A stretch of 64,000 bases of DNA from Tubiluchus corallicola (Eukaryota; Animalia; Priapulida), in assembly GCA_030141605.1 (NCBI GenBank), contig JAQGDQ010000040.1, positions 62,001 through 126,000 on the forward strand, read 5' to 3'. Positions 13,201-28,200 of the stretch are shown piece after piece; position 1 is the first letter of the stretch; each line of letters starts with the position of its first letter. The notes beneath the pieces were generated by a model. It had not been told where the DNA came from, did no database searches, and worked only from the letters and a program-made list of their open reading frames with translations. Made by a program: the position numbers and the translations under genes.

Positions 13201-16200
13201 CATCTTCCAAGTCTTCTTCTGTTTCATCGTCTGCTGACACACTTTGTGAATATGATCTATAACAAAAAAGTGTGTTTTAAATTGTAACCCCACGCTGATA
13301 ACATACTAACATGGAATCATAGAATACACCATTAATTATATTATAAGCACTCATGCACATTAAATACCACCATCAGCTCAAATGCTGGATATTTCAGTAC
13401 AAGTTTATTGGTAAGAATATATTTAATATTGTAAGTCAGAGTAAAATGAAATCGAAAGTTTATCATATATCACATGCTTTCTCTCTACTCTGTTCTAAAA
13501 AAAATTGTAGAAGCAAGTCAATGCAATAATGGCAATCAAATGCTTAAAGCTATGCTAGTTCGTACATCAATGGATGACACAGTGTCACCTTCTTTTAGAA
13601 ACTGGAAGATGGAGGCAGAGACCAAGACATATACACGTATGTGACTGTGCACTGGGTGCTAATGGTGAAGTTAAGAACGAACAGCATGTGCTATGTCACT
13701 ATGAAAAAAACTGCATTTTTCGTCAGAAACAACACTGTTTTTAACCCTATTAACAAGGACTCTCTACTTAATATTTTCACTCACAGGACACTAAGCTAAT
13801 CATTAATTTTGTATCTGTGTGTTTCAAGTTATTTCAAACGTTGAATGACCAATTTGAGTATTGTTCTTGTTTGACTAATTTCCTCTTTGTTAAGTTCTTA
13901 GCCTATGAATTTGTAACTATTAGTCAATAAATCTAATCTAATCTAATCACAAACCCATGTTTTATTAATAGTGAAAGCATATCTTATTTAATATATTTGT
14001 CAAGTTTGAAGAAAGTTAAATTACTATACCTTGACTGTACTTTGCTTAATGGGTTAGTATAGCTGTAACCAATCGTGCTCGTGGAGCTATCAGAATCATA
14101 TTCTTCTACCAAATCAGTCACGGATTCATATAGTCGCTGGGTAAGGCTTGTACCAGTAGAAGAGCACAGCAAATGGTTGCTGGAACTTGAGGCACAACTC
14201 TCATTCTCGGGGAAAGCAGCATTAGCAGTTTTAGTTGGTGAATTAAACGTTTCAGCAACAATAATCTCATAGCTGGCTACTACATCTGGAACAAATTCCG
14301 AGTTCACAATATTCAGTTCGCTTGGCTCATCAGGATGCAATGCAGACAAATGAGAGGACAGGTGATTTGGACTTTGGACTGTTTCATTTCGGTCACCAAC
14401 TGACCAAAAGTCATCAGTCTTATTACCACTGTTTTCTTGATCAACAATTTTATCATCCAACTCTGAATCATCAGATGCCTTAGAAGTACTAAGGCTGCTG
14501 CTGTCTGTTACCGAAGCAGGAAAATGGCTAGATTCTTTTTTATTTCGGCCGTATTTTTCTATTTCGTCGACGTCGACATAATCACAGTCACTGTTCTCAT
14601 CATGAGTCTTCCGACAAAAAGCACAGTACCTGCAAATGAAAGTACCATGGTTGAGAAAAAATTATTCTCCTTAACAAATACAATTATGGTCCTGATTGCT
14701 TATTAAATTTTCACGTCAACAAAATAAAGAAATAACATTATCTAATTGCATAACAGTACAACTTAATTAGCAAGCAAAGTTGAAGAATATTTTATGCATA
14801 ATCAGTAATTTACTCTCATTTTAGAACATACTGCAATCTGCTAATACTATATTGGATCTATACGTATTTTCACACATTATTTGCAAATGAAAAGAAGTTT
14901 ATTAAGGGTGTTAAAAATTTAAAAACCATACGAAATATCCCATTAAGATAAAACCACTGTGATTATCATCATTCATTATGGATTATTTTATTTCGTGTTA
15001 TGGTACAAACCTTTGGTTACGTCCCCAGGACTTTGGAGGTTTCGACTGACATTTCTGCCCTTTCTGAACTTCTCGTTTTCTTCTTTGTTTGCTGCTAGAC
15101 AAGGTCAAAGTTGGCTTTTTGCGTGTACTCATATTAGCCGCAATAGCCATAAGTTGGCTGCAAGCACTAGCCAAAGCGGTCAACTCTGAATCTGCCTTTT
15201 CCTTCGTGGATGTTTTTCTTGACTTTGAAAACTTATGTCTATCAGATTTTTTGAGATTCGAATTTGCTTGCTTTGTAGGCTTCATATCTACAAAATACTC
15301 TGATTTGATTTCCTCGGTCTCATTAGCTATTTGATACTTATCATCAGATGAACTCTTGCAGATATTTTTTGTAGAAATAGTCAGTTTTAGAGGTTGGATC
15401 ACAACAGGATCGATGGGTGGATGCAATGGTTCTGCCACACGCCCAGAAGCTGCTTCTTTCGATTCCTGTACATTCTTTCGCGGTGAGCAAATCACCTTTA
15501 ACAAAATGATTTATAAAAGTCATTGTAACATAAATATTAGCAACACACACTACAGCCACAAGAGTTTAGTAAGAAATGAAAACAAAGCTGTAATTAAATT
15601 AAAAAAATAATGATGAATTCTGATGACTGATGAGTAGTGTTGTGTAACCATAAGTAAAATAAAAAGATTGTTAATTACAACAAGATTTATTAATAATAAC
15701 AACATTTTAGGAAACCACTGCTTCCTTCAACAGTTTAAATAAAATATAACCATATAGTAATTACATGACATTATTAAGCTTCTATGTAACCATATGTAGC
15801 GACACAATTTTTCCAAAAATATCATTATTACTAATAAACTTTGTTGTGATTAACTATTTTTAACTGAGTTCTGATAAATTACACTAAACACTAATGATGT
15901 AGATGCATAACAAACTCTCAGTTTTGGTTTTTCTTTTGGGAAAATTAAAATTAATAGTCGTTTTTAGGCAAGCACCAATATTTCATGCTTAGTTACACAT
16001 TCCTAATTTCCTAATGTGACATACCTCCCGACGCTCAAACACTTAATAGTTCTGTGATTTTTTTAGAAAAAAGCAACTGTAATTACAATGACTACTACGA
16101 TTTTTTTCCTGGTAAACAGTCAGAAAAACATAACGTAATTTAATAGAAAAACTACCTGTTCACTTTGCTTAGCAACTGATGCAAAAGGAGCCTCATTCGC

Positions 16201-19200
16201 TGCTGAGGTAACATTAACTGCATGCAATCCACCAGCTGTCATGGCTGCAGATATTAAATCGGCTTCTATATCATTAGTTGCACCAACATCAATACCTGCA
16301 GAACAGCAAAAAAGGGCAATTAGTCCATGCTACACTGTTAGACACGAAAATATGTTTTTTCACTTAATAAAAAAGAAACAGGAAAACTTGTAAAGAATGA
16401 TCACAAAAGAAATAACAACTTACTTAAAGTGTCTAATAGATTATGACAGCCACTGAAGCTCTCGTCAGTCGTATCATACTGTTTCTGTTTGCTGCTGCCC
16501 AATTGAGCAGAGGCTGCTGTTACACTTTTCTGCACAGAAACCGATGGAATGACGCCTCGCACTGTATCTGTATGCATCACAATTTGATTTCTACTATGTG
16601 GTAGTTGTGATCGAGCAGATATTTCTGGCAAGTCTTTGTTACTAATACCATATGTACCAAATCTAGTAGTAATTATAGTTTGTGTTGGACTAGCATTACT
16701 AAAATTGCTTGTAAATTTGCTGGTTTTGCTGGTTAGTGGACGAACATTTAAAATCGTATTTGGTAGGGAGATTTTACTGGAGCACTTTTGTTGGTTGTAC
16801 ATTAATGAACTTTCCTTGCCGATACCAGCTTCCTGTATTTCATTTGAAGATTCACTTGCTCTCTCAAATGTGTCTCTTCTCAATCTCTGTGAAACTGGAA
16901 TGCAGTAATCATGGTCCCACTGGATACCATCGCGGGTTATGAATTGCTGCACTTTTGTTAAGCTGATCACTTCCGATTTATCATCTGCATCTATAGCCAG
17001 TTCTTTTGCAGAATCATCAGCTTTTAAATATTCCATAGGTATTTCAGGTTCAATACTACTTCTGATTTCAATTGCTGGATAAATATTTGAATTCTTAGTC
17101 TTATTTTGCATCGGCTTTACCAACATTGTATTTAAAGTAGATTTAGGATACACTAACTGTGTCTGAGCATTTCCTCCTGTAGAACAATTTTTTGGTAATT
17201 TAGTTGCATGTGATTTGGTTGTAACAGCAATTCTGGAGCCAATTGGTATGTTATGGTTGTTTGGTACGGAAATTCTCTGGCCATTACTCAGCAGTAAAAT
17301 TCTTGATTGCTGTCCTAACCTCTTTGCTGATACAACCTTTATTGTAGGAAGAACTGCTGGGGAAATATTCGAACTAGCTACATTTGTCTTGCTCGACGAT
17401 GAAAAGTGAACGCTTTCCGTAACAGAAACTGGATTTACAGCTTTGTGACAATTGACATTGCTAAAGCTAACAGTAGGCATCACCTTTATCTGTGTAGACC
17501 CACCACTCCCAGGACTAGAGCTCACTGTAATAAAGGGAGTTGAAAAAGGTGCTTTGGACACTGATGTTTCTGTCGTACTTTGTGCATCATCTAGTAAATT
17601 TTGAGTAACTACATTACTTGAATCCGTGGGAACATTATCCAGAGATGAATGCGGTGACAACAAATGCTTTGTGACGTCTATAACACTTATGGTTGATGCA
17701 CCCGGAAAGAGCTCGATTCCACTGTTACTACGTAAGCTGCTTGCGGATATTTTTCTTTCAGTTAAATCATTAAAACTACCATTTAAAAGCGCAGATGTTC
17801 CAGCGGAAGATGCTGCCACTTCTGCCATTTCTGAATCAAGTGGAGTGGATGAATCTATAAACGTAATGAAATAATGCATGTGAGAGATTGGCTTAAATAA
17901 GCAGAAGAAAAAACCAATAAAGCAATTTTTTCTTCTTTTACAGTAGACGCCCCTTAAAAGACTCACTTTGAGACGAAAGACATGTGATCCATTCATGGTT
18001 GATGAAGTTCTCATAATGGTAAAAATGTTGAAAATCTGTTACTGTTTACTGTACATTCACACAGTTTGACAAAAACACCTAATCATCTAGTGCTTTAGCT
18101 GCAGCTGGTGATGACCTTCATTCACCAGTGAAAATCAGCGACAGCTTCAAAAGCAAACCACTGGGCAAGTGATTAAATGTTTAACTCCCAGAAACAACAA
18201 GGTTAACTGCAGTGGACGAGTGGGTGACAGAGTTAAAGTAAAACCATTGTGCTAGTATATTGGCGCTAGTGATGGGAATCGATACAAAAATTGCGACACA
18301 ATTTCAATAAACGATAAGAACTTCCGATATGATTTCGATATCGATAAGCATTTTACAAAAAATGCGATATGATTTCGATGAACGATAAGGAACTTGCGAT
18401 ACGATTTCGATAAGTGTTTTACAATTTGATTTGATACAGTTTTAATTTCTAAAATACAAGTTGTCTTTAAATTATTTTATATATTTAAATGGTGACCTTA
18501 CGAGCATGTAAATTAAAAGTTAGCACTCACGAAAGTATTGTTGATTTTTGTGCATGAAAAAGTGTTACATTTTAGTTACTATACATTAGTTTTGGTACTC
18601 CAAACCGTTTTCTCTTTTTACGATAAAAAGAAATGCAAATTGTAAAGCTACATATATTCAAGACTATTTTTAACATGGAGTTTTTACCACACACAGAGAA
18701 CCCGCATTTTGTTGCAAATAAAAAAATTGGCACTCATTATTATACAGATGAATGAGAGAGACTGTTGCTTTAATTATTGTACAAAAATCACGTAATCAAC
18801 AACAAGTGTTTTGAGAAGAATAAACTAACAAATTTAGTTAGATGCAAGGTTTTATTTAGTATAAATGCTAAAATGCTAAAATAGAGCACTGAAAAACGTG
18901 CCAAAATTAGCACTGCAACATTGTATCAGGAAACTAAAACTGAGTGCTGAAATACTGTGCCAATTGAGTTAAAATTCATCACTGAAATACAGTGCAAAAT
19001 TGGCTAAAATTGAGCATGAAAAAATACTGTGCCAGAATAGCACATTGGAGGATTTAAACACTAGACTAAACTGTAACTACACTAGCGCTTAATTAGAGCG
19101 CTTTGCAAACATAGGTAAGCAGAACTGCCCTCTGCCAAAATTGAGCACTGTGTATTTTGACATGATGAATCTTGCGAAAGCAAAATTTTACATGAAACAT

Positions 19201-22200
19201 GGAAAATATTCAACTGCGGAGTGCAGACGGCAAATCACGGCATGTGAATCATTTGATTACTGACCACCCAATCACAGACAAGGTTGTTGCGTTATTTCGC
19301 GAGACTGCAGTATGCATGTGTAGTTTGTTTATTTTCAATGTACACACTGTATTACGCAGTGCAAACTGCGAAGCATCATTTCATATAATTAATGCTACCA
19401 GGTTTTGAAGTTAATAACATGATAATATAAACTATTGCTCTCAACATGTTTATTACTACTAAGGCATACAAATCGCCGAAAGGGCACATCGGTCTCGATA
19501 TCGAAATCTTCGATTGTTTTGATTTTCTGTGGCGATAATCATTTATTGTATCGATTCGATAATAGATAAAAAAAATTATTTTGTTTGGTATGGATTCGAA
19601 AATTGATAAAAAATCGATTTTTCTTCGATAAACCGATAATCGATTCCCATCACTAATTGGTGCTTACAAACAAAGCCCGATTTAACATGACTGTTTCTAC
19701 ATATATTACAGTGCACAAAATCGATGTAAAGATGACATAAAAGCAGTAAAAGCTCTTTGGGCACACACAAGTGTCTTGTTTTTAGTACGTGAAAGAAAAA
19801 TATTGAGTCAATTATTTGGAGTTTTTCAGTCATTTACCAATAGTTTTTATGTATATTTGAATAGGAGTAGCCTGTACCAGACATTTTTTAGTCAATTAGG
19901 CGACTGATTCTATTAACCGTTAGTCTAATAAACGACGCCTACTGTATAATCACAAACCAAAAATATCATGATACAGTTTTGGAGTTTTAATTAGCTAGAT
20001 TATGAATGTCATTGCCAGAGTGTTTATAAACCATAGCGGTATATTCTTAACAACTATTAACCATTACGGATAATTAGTTGGAAAAAGAAAAATTGTCCCG
20101 ACTAGTCTACAATTTTTCAGCGTCTCCTTTCTTTTCTCAATTCATTTTAGAAATATCGTTAGTAGTCAGTTAATTTGAGAAAAGTTTTGAAGTTTGGCCT
20201 AATACAAATAAAATTTTCTTCCTCCATTAAGTATTTCAACAGACATCTTCTTGGGGGACAATGATACTGCTGTAATACATATTGGAGGAGTAAATCCTGA
20301 TTTGTATTAAACTAAAAATACTTCTTACCATTAGCACTATCAAGGCTGGACGAAGATTGTTCTGCCTTTTTAACACGAACATCAATTGGACCGTCAAGTT
20401 GAGGCAGAAGCAGAATGTCGGCACTATCGTATTCCGATGACACACTGGAACAAAAAACATAAGTACTTGGTTAAAGTCAGTCTAATGGCAAAAACATTGC
20501 TTATTTAAGGAAGCTTAGTATTAAATTAAGTGAAACACATAAAGACTGTTTCATTGGTGAAAAATATGTTAACCATTTGATGTATGCCGATGATGTGTGT
20601 TTCCTGGCAACAATGAGTGCTTTACAACAGCTAGTTGATATATATGAAGTATTCTGTCGAACATGACATACAAGTGAATGAGAGTAAAACAAAATTAATC
20701 TCTGTTAAATCAAAAACTATGTCACAAGCATCGTTTAGCTCATTATATGTAAACAAATTGTGGTATAAGCTCATGTTATCAAGAAAAATACTTAGGACAT
20801 ATCATAACTTCAGACAACAAAGATGATGTAGACATCATAAAGCAACGTTCCCCGTTTTATTGTAGAACAAACAAACTGCTAAATACATTTAAAAATTGTA
20901 GTGATGATGTAAAAAGATATTTGATAAACAGCTACTGTAGCAACTATTACTGTATGGCTACATGGAGAAACTACAATCTTTACAACATTAAAAAACTAAA
21001 GGTAGCACACAATGTATTACTGTGTAAAATGTTCGGAAAACCATTCGACTTTAGTGCAAGACAATTAGGAGTATCCTATAATTTAAAATATTTTGATTTT
21101 ATTAAAAGAAAATGTGTGTGTTTAGCTTGTATGTAAGGATAATAAACAGTAGTAATGCCATTGTGAACCGGCTGTGTAACAGTGATATTAGGTACATGTC
21201 AAGTATACGTGCTAAATGGCGATCAATCTTATATACATGATTATTATTTTTATTTATATGTTAGGGAATTAGGTTACAGATGGTTTAGTATTTTTGTGTT
21301 TGTTTGTAAATAGTACCTATAATTTGTGCGTGATTGTATGTGCTATACTATACACCTTGAGTGTGAAATAAAAAGTAAAATTCAAATTAAAAAAAAAACA
21401 TGCCTCTCTTAACGTATTAGTATTATAATGAATTAATAGTTACAAAAGTGGACCATGTAGCAACTTTTTTCTTATTTCTATTCTATTTCTTTCAGACTAC
21501 CACATAATTACTAATCTTGCAAATTTAGCACTCATTTAACTTTCTCTAAAATGACCGAAGGCAAAATTTGCTCCTTACCTTGTGTTACCTCTCACAGCTT
21601 GACCAAATGGGAGTAAAACGTCACCACTTTCCTCATCACTAACACAATCCCAAACTGGTTGTGACATTATAATAGATTCAGCTTCATCGTTATCATGAAC
21701 ATCATTGTTGCCGTCGCCGTTAAACGCATCTGACGTTGTCTCACCAGAAAGAACACAATCTTCACCAGGTGTGCCATCCGAAAGATTCATCAGTAAGTGA
21801 ACTATTTCCTCATTACTCGGCTCACGTGCTATGTTTAAAATACACGTGCTCGAAAATTTATGATATTATACAACACAAGAACATTTGTACTTTTGTAAAT
21901 CAAATGCAATACCTCTGAAAGTAATACAAGCAAAATAATTGGAATTAACACTAGCCTAAAAAACATTTTTAGTGTAAATGAGTAAGTTTAGAAATTTTAA
22001 CTAAATGAAAGAGATAGACCTAAAAGATAATCAAGTATAACAGTAAAAACATAAATTGTAATAATACAATTTGTAAAAACATAATAAAAGTATGAAAAGC
22101 ATTCAAATGTGCTTTATCTTGTAAATTAAGATTTCTTTTTTAAATTAATCATGAACATACTGTTTACTAGTGCAGACGATCGTTTCGACAGCAACTGTCA

Positions 22201-25200
22201 TTATCATTGCTAGAAATCAAGCAAAAAAATAGTCGAATTATAATTATGACACTACTAACGACCAGCAAACATCATGTTAATTCCTAGCGGCTGGCTCTTT
22301 CATGTATTTAATCAGGAACACATTATCAGGGTGATTTTTGGCATAGTACATGATTGTAATAACTGATTAAATTCTATTGGTTCATAATAATTTGTTATTA
22401 CCATCTGCCGGGGAATGTAAACATGGAAATAAATTTGAAAGACCTTACTTTTCTTTTTTGTAGATTGCTGTGTTGACAAGATGCTACTATTAGCGACACT
22501 ATGAACCAAATCTTCATCCACGAACATTTGGTCTTCCTCTATTTCACTTTCGCCTTTAATGGAAGTGGTATCTTGAAAAATAAATACAAAATTTACAGCA
22601 CAAACACATTATCATTACAAATGAAACGAATGCTTATAAAACAACAAATATTTGGTTTAGCTAATCTACTTAATTTTCAGGAAGTGTGACCAAGTACATA
22701 TTAAGAATTTAATAGTTCAACTCTTCCCACAGCAGAATGCTCTGTAGTTTGTTTGCATTCACATTTATATTTGTAAAATAGTGAGAGTTTTCCATAATTT
22801 GAAAAGCAATGCTATTGCAAAAAGTGACACAGACAGTAGAATTATATAACTTGCTACATTATAATAATGTAACAATAAAATCTGTACCTTCATGTTGAGA
22901 ATGGTGCAAGTTAACAGCTGTTGCAGGAGGATGAAAAGAATGTGAATTCACTAACTGGGAATCATCCATTCCGCGACTGAAACATAATTATTTAAATGGA
23001 CATACACTACAGCATCAATGCCAAATAAACCTATTAATACAAGTATATATCAATATTCATAAGGAAAAAATAAATGACTTTCTAAACCCAGGGTTAAAGA
23101 AAACTAAGTCAGCAAGATTAGATACTAATGAACTTACAATAACAATTTATGTAGTTCTAAAATTTCTCGAATTTTTCCCTGAAAGAAACAATCACTGTCT
23201 GTTGCAAGTGCTTGATCACGATCTGAAAACAAAACCAAAAATGGAACTTTAATAGAATTAAAAATTACAACTTATAACAAAAATGAAAGTTCAAGGATCT
23301 TTTATAGAAAATCAAAAATTACAAGCAATTCTGAGCTGAAAAACTTAAAACGCAATAAGCACTGAGAAAAAGTAAAAAATGAATGAGTCTATCTCTAGTT
23401 GCACATAACTGCGCCTACTGTTGAACTAAATCGATAAATAAAATTTAAGAGTTAGCTCCCACTGACAAAATGTCACAGTAGATCTAGGCTGCACATGCAC
23501 ATCTGTAACAACTGTTCTGTCTCAATGCTTCACCAAGCATTCAAAAATTTACTAAGCAAAATGAGCAAAAGCTTTAGGTCTTTCTTAAGATGGATACCAT
23601 AAATGGCATAGTAATCTGGAATGAGATTTAAAATCACAGATGTCACTTTCAACGAAAGTAACACTTGTACAAACACGAAATTTGACTAACATGTAAGAAA
23701 ACTACACAAGACAAAACTGAAAAATGCACAGTCGTCAAGAGCATGTAAAAATGCCAACCTTGAGATTCTGGCTGCGTTAACACAGATAACACACCAGCAG
23801 CCTGCCTTCTTTGACGCTCATCTTCCCACAAGGCAATTAAACCCGGATTCTGGAACTTCTCATCAGTTTCTGCAATACAAAACTGAGCAAGTTAATTATC
23901 AATTTCCAGTAAGGTATGATCTGGATGTCTAAATTCCTTAACGACAAAGTGTATCAGGTGCATCGCTAGGCATACAAGAAATTAAGTTTTTTCTTTCATA
24001 GTTATACCAACAACGAGTAGGTCATTCACATTTCAAAAAGATACGTGGGTTTCAACAGGTGCCACAAAAATATTACTGTAGTGACTGTAGACTAGTCTTT
24101 CGTCACACACGAATGCAGGTTGGCTTTTCTCACCTAAACTTTGACCTGAGACGACAATAATGTATAAACTATGATGGAACCCATTTTACCTACCTATAGA
24201 TGCAGTCCCGCTTTTGAAACTATTAGTTATTTTCTAATTAGCTGAACTTTATATGGTCAGGCTCGGGATACTTTACTAAACAAATGCTGTACTTTGTTAA
24301 TTCCTTATAATATTAGAATTCATAATCTGTCAATAAATGAATTCGTTTAGGTGCTCCTTCATGACAATCTACATATAACTGTTAATACTCAAGTATTTAA
24401 GCTTGTACAGAAATTTATATTTCTTATTAAGTGCTTCTGTATTAGTTTACATTGTTTACATAGCAATATTATTGTTATTCTTAACATTATGCTATGTATG
24501 AACTATACTACCTATACTACCTATGCTATCTATACTGCTAGTAGTCATTACTCTAATGCTTCAACTGTTCATTGATTGTCTGTGCTCTTCTAAGTGTTAC
24601 ATTCCATTGGCAAGAACGTTTATGAGTTTCAAAACTGTCTTGTTTCAGCCATATTGTAACCGCTGTTATATTACAATAAAACTAAGTTTAAACTAACAAC
24701 GAGTACTAAAATACAAGTATTCCACCTTCCCGTCATTACTAGCAGTATTGAATAACAACTTAAAATGCCATCAGGCGGCATCTGCAACAACAGCGTAAAC
24801 ATACCTAACGACCTGTTAAGAATGTCAGATGCTAATGCATCTGCTTCCAGTTCACATGTGCTCGTCTTAGGCGTGTCTTCACCCAACCATAATGAACTAG
24901 AAAACAATTATCAATAATTTTTGTGATGCATAATACTTAGCACACGTTTAACAAAAAGTCTGTGACACAGCCAAATAAGACCTGATACATAAAAGGTAAT
25001 TTTAATTTAAATAATATCAGTTTTCTAATTCTATAAAAAGAGGAAAATGAAGCTGATTTCTTTTAGGTGACTGACTTTTATGCTTTTTCTTATTAACGCA
25101 ATGGCAAAATAAAGTACAACAAAACAATTACTCGATGATTCAATACATTCCAAGATAGTAGTTGCTTACATCTGGAATTTAAACTTAATTAAGATTTATT

Positions 25201-28200
25201 TGGCTAAAAACCATTTTGCAGAGTAAGTACTACACTGTGTACTCCAGAGCTACAGCACACAAAATAGTGAATATGAAACTACAGTTAGCTGACCATTGCT
25301 ACAATATGATCGTTAAAAAAACATCATTGTGTCTCTTATACATCAGGGAGCAAGTTTTCATACTGGTCCTCCCAGAAATTCCAGTAGGACAGATTGAAGT
25401 TGGGCATACATCTGTCCTCGTGTCCGATCAGCTAAGCTTGCCAATGTACTATGTCTCCTATTAATGAAAATAACTTTGTATAACGTATAATAATGTTCTA
25501 TTTTTCAGAGTTGACGTATGCAGTTAGCGATGACACGCTTACACAAAAATATGTTTACAAGGTTTTCACTTGCTTGTTACTATGAGGATACCACCAATGT
25601 TAATGACATTCTCACTGGTGCATGCTAGATTTGAACTGCTCCTCTTTCTTGGGCACCAACTGAACTGTTTTGAAAAGGTAAAAATACAAAAGAAAACAAA
25701 CTAAATACAAATATATTTGACTAAAGTGCAAGCAGTTATTATTTAGATATTTTTTTAAACAAAATTCAAAGAGGAAAGTGCTTTTTGCTTATTAAAAACT
25801 GTATTATTTTATTTCTTATTATGCCATTGAATACAATTACCTATCAGCCAGGCAGCAGACGTATACTAACATTATAATAGACGAAAAAACAGTGTCGTTT
25901 AGGAGCTTTTATGAAAATTACTTAAATGAGAAACTTACTATTTAGTACAGATTGGGCCGAAAAAACATAAGTAGACGTATAAGGAAAAAATGCTGTGTAT
26001 TTTTGTCAAATTGCGGTACGAAATTAGTGTTGTATGAAGTTTTCTACGCATTGAAAAATGGGACAGCATATATTTCTAGTTACCTGTCCCCACTTTCGGT
26101 AAAAAAGATGGTTGCAAATAGCACGCTGTACATGTTCTTCTTATATACATATAGCTAGCTCATACATGCATGTTTTGCTTAACAATCACTGCACTAAGCC
26201 TAGCTGTAGTTTCCTATACAATATGTTGTACACTCTAATTCTGGAGTTTACCAGTTTTGCCAAATCAAACTACATCTTGATTAATCTTAGGCCCCTGATG
26301 AATGCACTAATAAGCAGTGGATCTGGTGAACTGTAATTTTTTATGCTTCAAATAAAAAACAAAGTAGAAATCAGGCATAGCTGAAAGTACCTGTTATATG
26401 GAATGTTAGACAAGTTCCATCGGGAACTTTCATCATTTGACACGAATGCATCAGATGAGTGGAGATTATGCTGTGTCTGCTTATTATAATCCTCAGTTTT
26501 ATTAACCGCCACTAAAAGCAAATTTATTTGTTAATACAAATCAATATAAAAAGTAAAGCCAAGTATATAAAACATTAAAAGTAGCAACGGATATAAACAA
26601 AAGTAAGTCTAAACAAGAGATTGTAACATACCAGTAGATACCATAAATGCTGGTAAATTATTAAAACTAGCCAAGTTTATAATACCTGTGATGCTGCTGC
26701 ATATTACAAAGAGTTCTGAAGTATTCTATCAATGTTACACATATAGTTTCTACTAAAATATGACACAAGCGTGCACCTTTTCCTCTGCACTACATGTAAT
26801 TAAAACCAGTCCTGTGAGAGTCAAAGTCTAATAGCACGTTTTAGCCATTAAAATTATTTCAGCTAATAGCCAACAATCTATCACTGTCACACAGTACACA
26901 AATAAACTCACTACACATGATAAATTTGCTTACTATTGTCTGGCCTACGAAAATTTATGGATGCCAATTTCATGTAATTCATGCCATAAAGGTTATAGTC
27001 CATGAAAAATTGCAAACTGTATGGCACATGGGCTTCGTACGGTTGATACACTTGTCCGTTTATGGCACCTGCTTGAAGCAATTCCACAGCTCTGAAAATA
27101 AGATAGAAACATATATTAAATAATCAATCAAAAATTCATTGAAAAATAGTCATATAAAGTTACTTATTGAAGAGAAACCATTCTACAAGAGCTCACATGC
27201 TATTTTGATAAAGATGAAGAATTAAAATGTTGTTTGCATAATTTTAAAGTAAAAATTTGGCACAAGCACATGTAAGCAAAGAAGTTTATATAATACATAT
27301 CACATATTGTAATTACACCACACTGTCCACTTTTACAAACTTTAACCTATGACTAAAAACTCACCTTTTTACTAATACAGGATTATAGAAAAATATTTTG
27401 AGAAAATCCCTCTCACTGGAATGATAACCATAAAATGGCCTGAAATGCCAAATAATCAATTAATAATGAAATAACACAATAATAATAGCAGCACCAGCAA
27501 CAACAAATGGCAATAGATAGTAATTTAATAACAGCAATAATGATAATTAACTTTGAATCAATGAACCATATTATCCATTTAGTTAAGTCACATTTAATAG
27601 CAAGTCCACATCTCCACTTACATTCCAGATACAAGTGTTATCTTATATACATGCTGAGTAAGACAAGAGGCTTTGCCCATTGACATGTTGATGGCTCGGT
27701 CTATAGCCCCGGCCATCTGCCGCATATCCTTCTTCGGATCTGTAGAACATTTATTTTCATATGGGATGCAGATGTACGGAAAAACGCCGTGTACATGCAA
27801 GCACGTTTTTTGCCCTAAAAGTAAAAAGTGCAAAAAACATAATATAATTACAAAGTATTATGAGATTAAGAGATTAATGAATTATTTCTAATTATTTAAT
27901 CAGCAGAGATGCTGAGTTTTCTACTGTGATGCTAATGCCAAACCAAAGGCAGGGACATTTCAACGTTTCATTCAGGAATGCTGCAAATATACAGCAGGCA
28001 CCATCTTAATAGACTGACTTTGGGATGGAAGTGTTTTGACTCAATTAACTGACTGAATCTATTAACCGACAGATGTTACTACTGTATATGTATCAATACT
28101 CTGCCTACTACACACTGCAAAGGCTGCAAGTAAATGTTAGGTCTCTACGCTTATACTCCATTTTTCAAAATTAACTCTATGCTCTTATTTGCTCAATGAT

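Noticed and set aside
9059-13240. 1393-aa ORF as a stand-alone novel gene
   Set aside because: It is bounded by phase-compatible splice sites (13256 acceptor, 9115 donor) and joins in frame to flanking REV3L exons. The same holds for ORFs 16401-18014, 14998-15504 and 13984-14460.
9177-17874. Many short plus-strand ORFs
   Set aside because: They are antisense shadows of the long REV3L exons, with no independent protein features.
27990-28087. Tiny TACAG...CTGTA element resembling 19880-19947
   Set aside because: Probably a short Tc1-like MITE family, but too degenerate to delimit with confidence.
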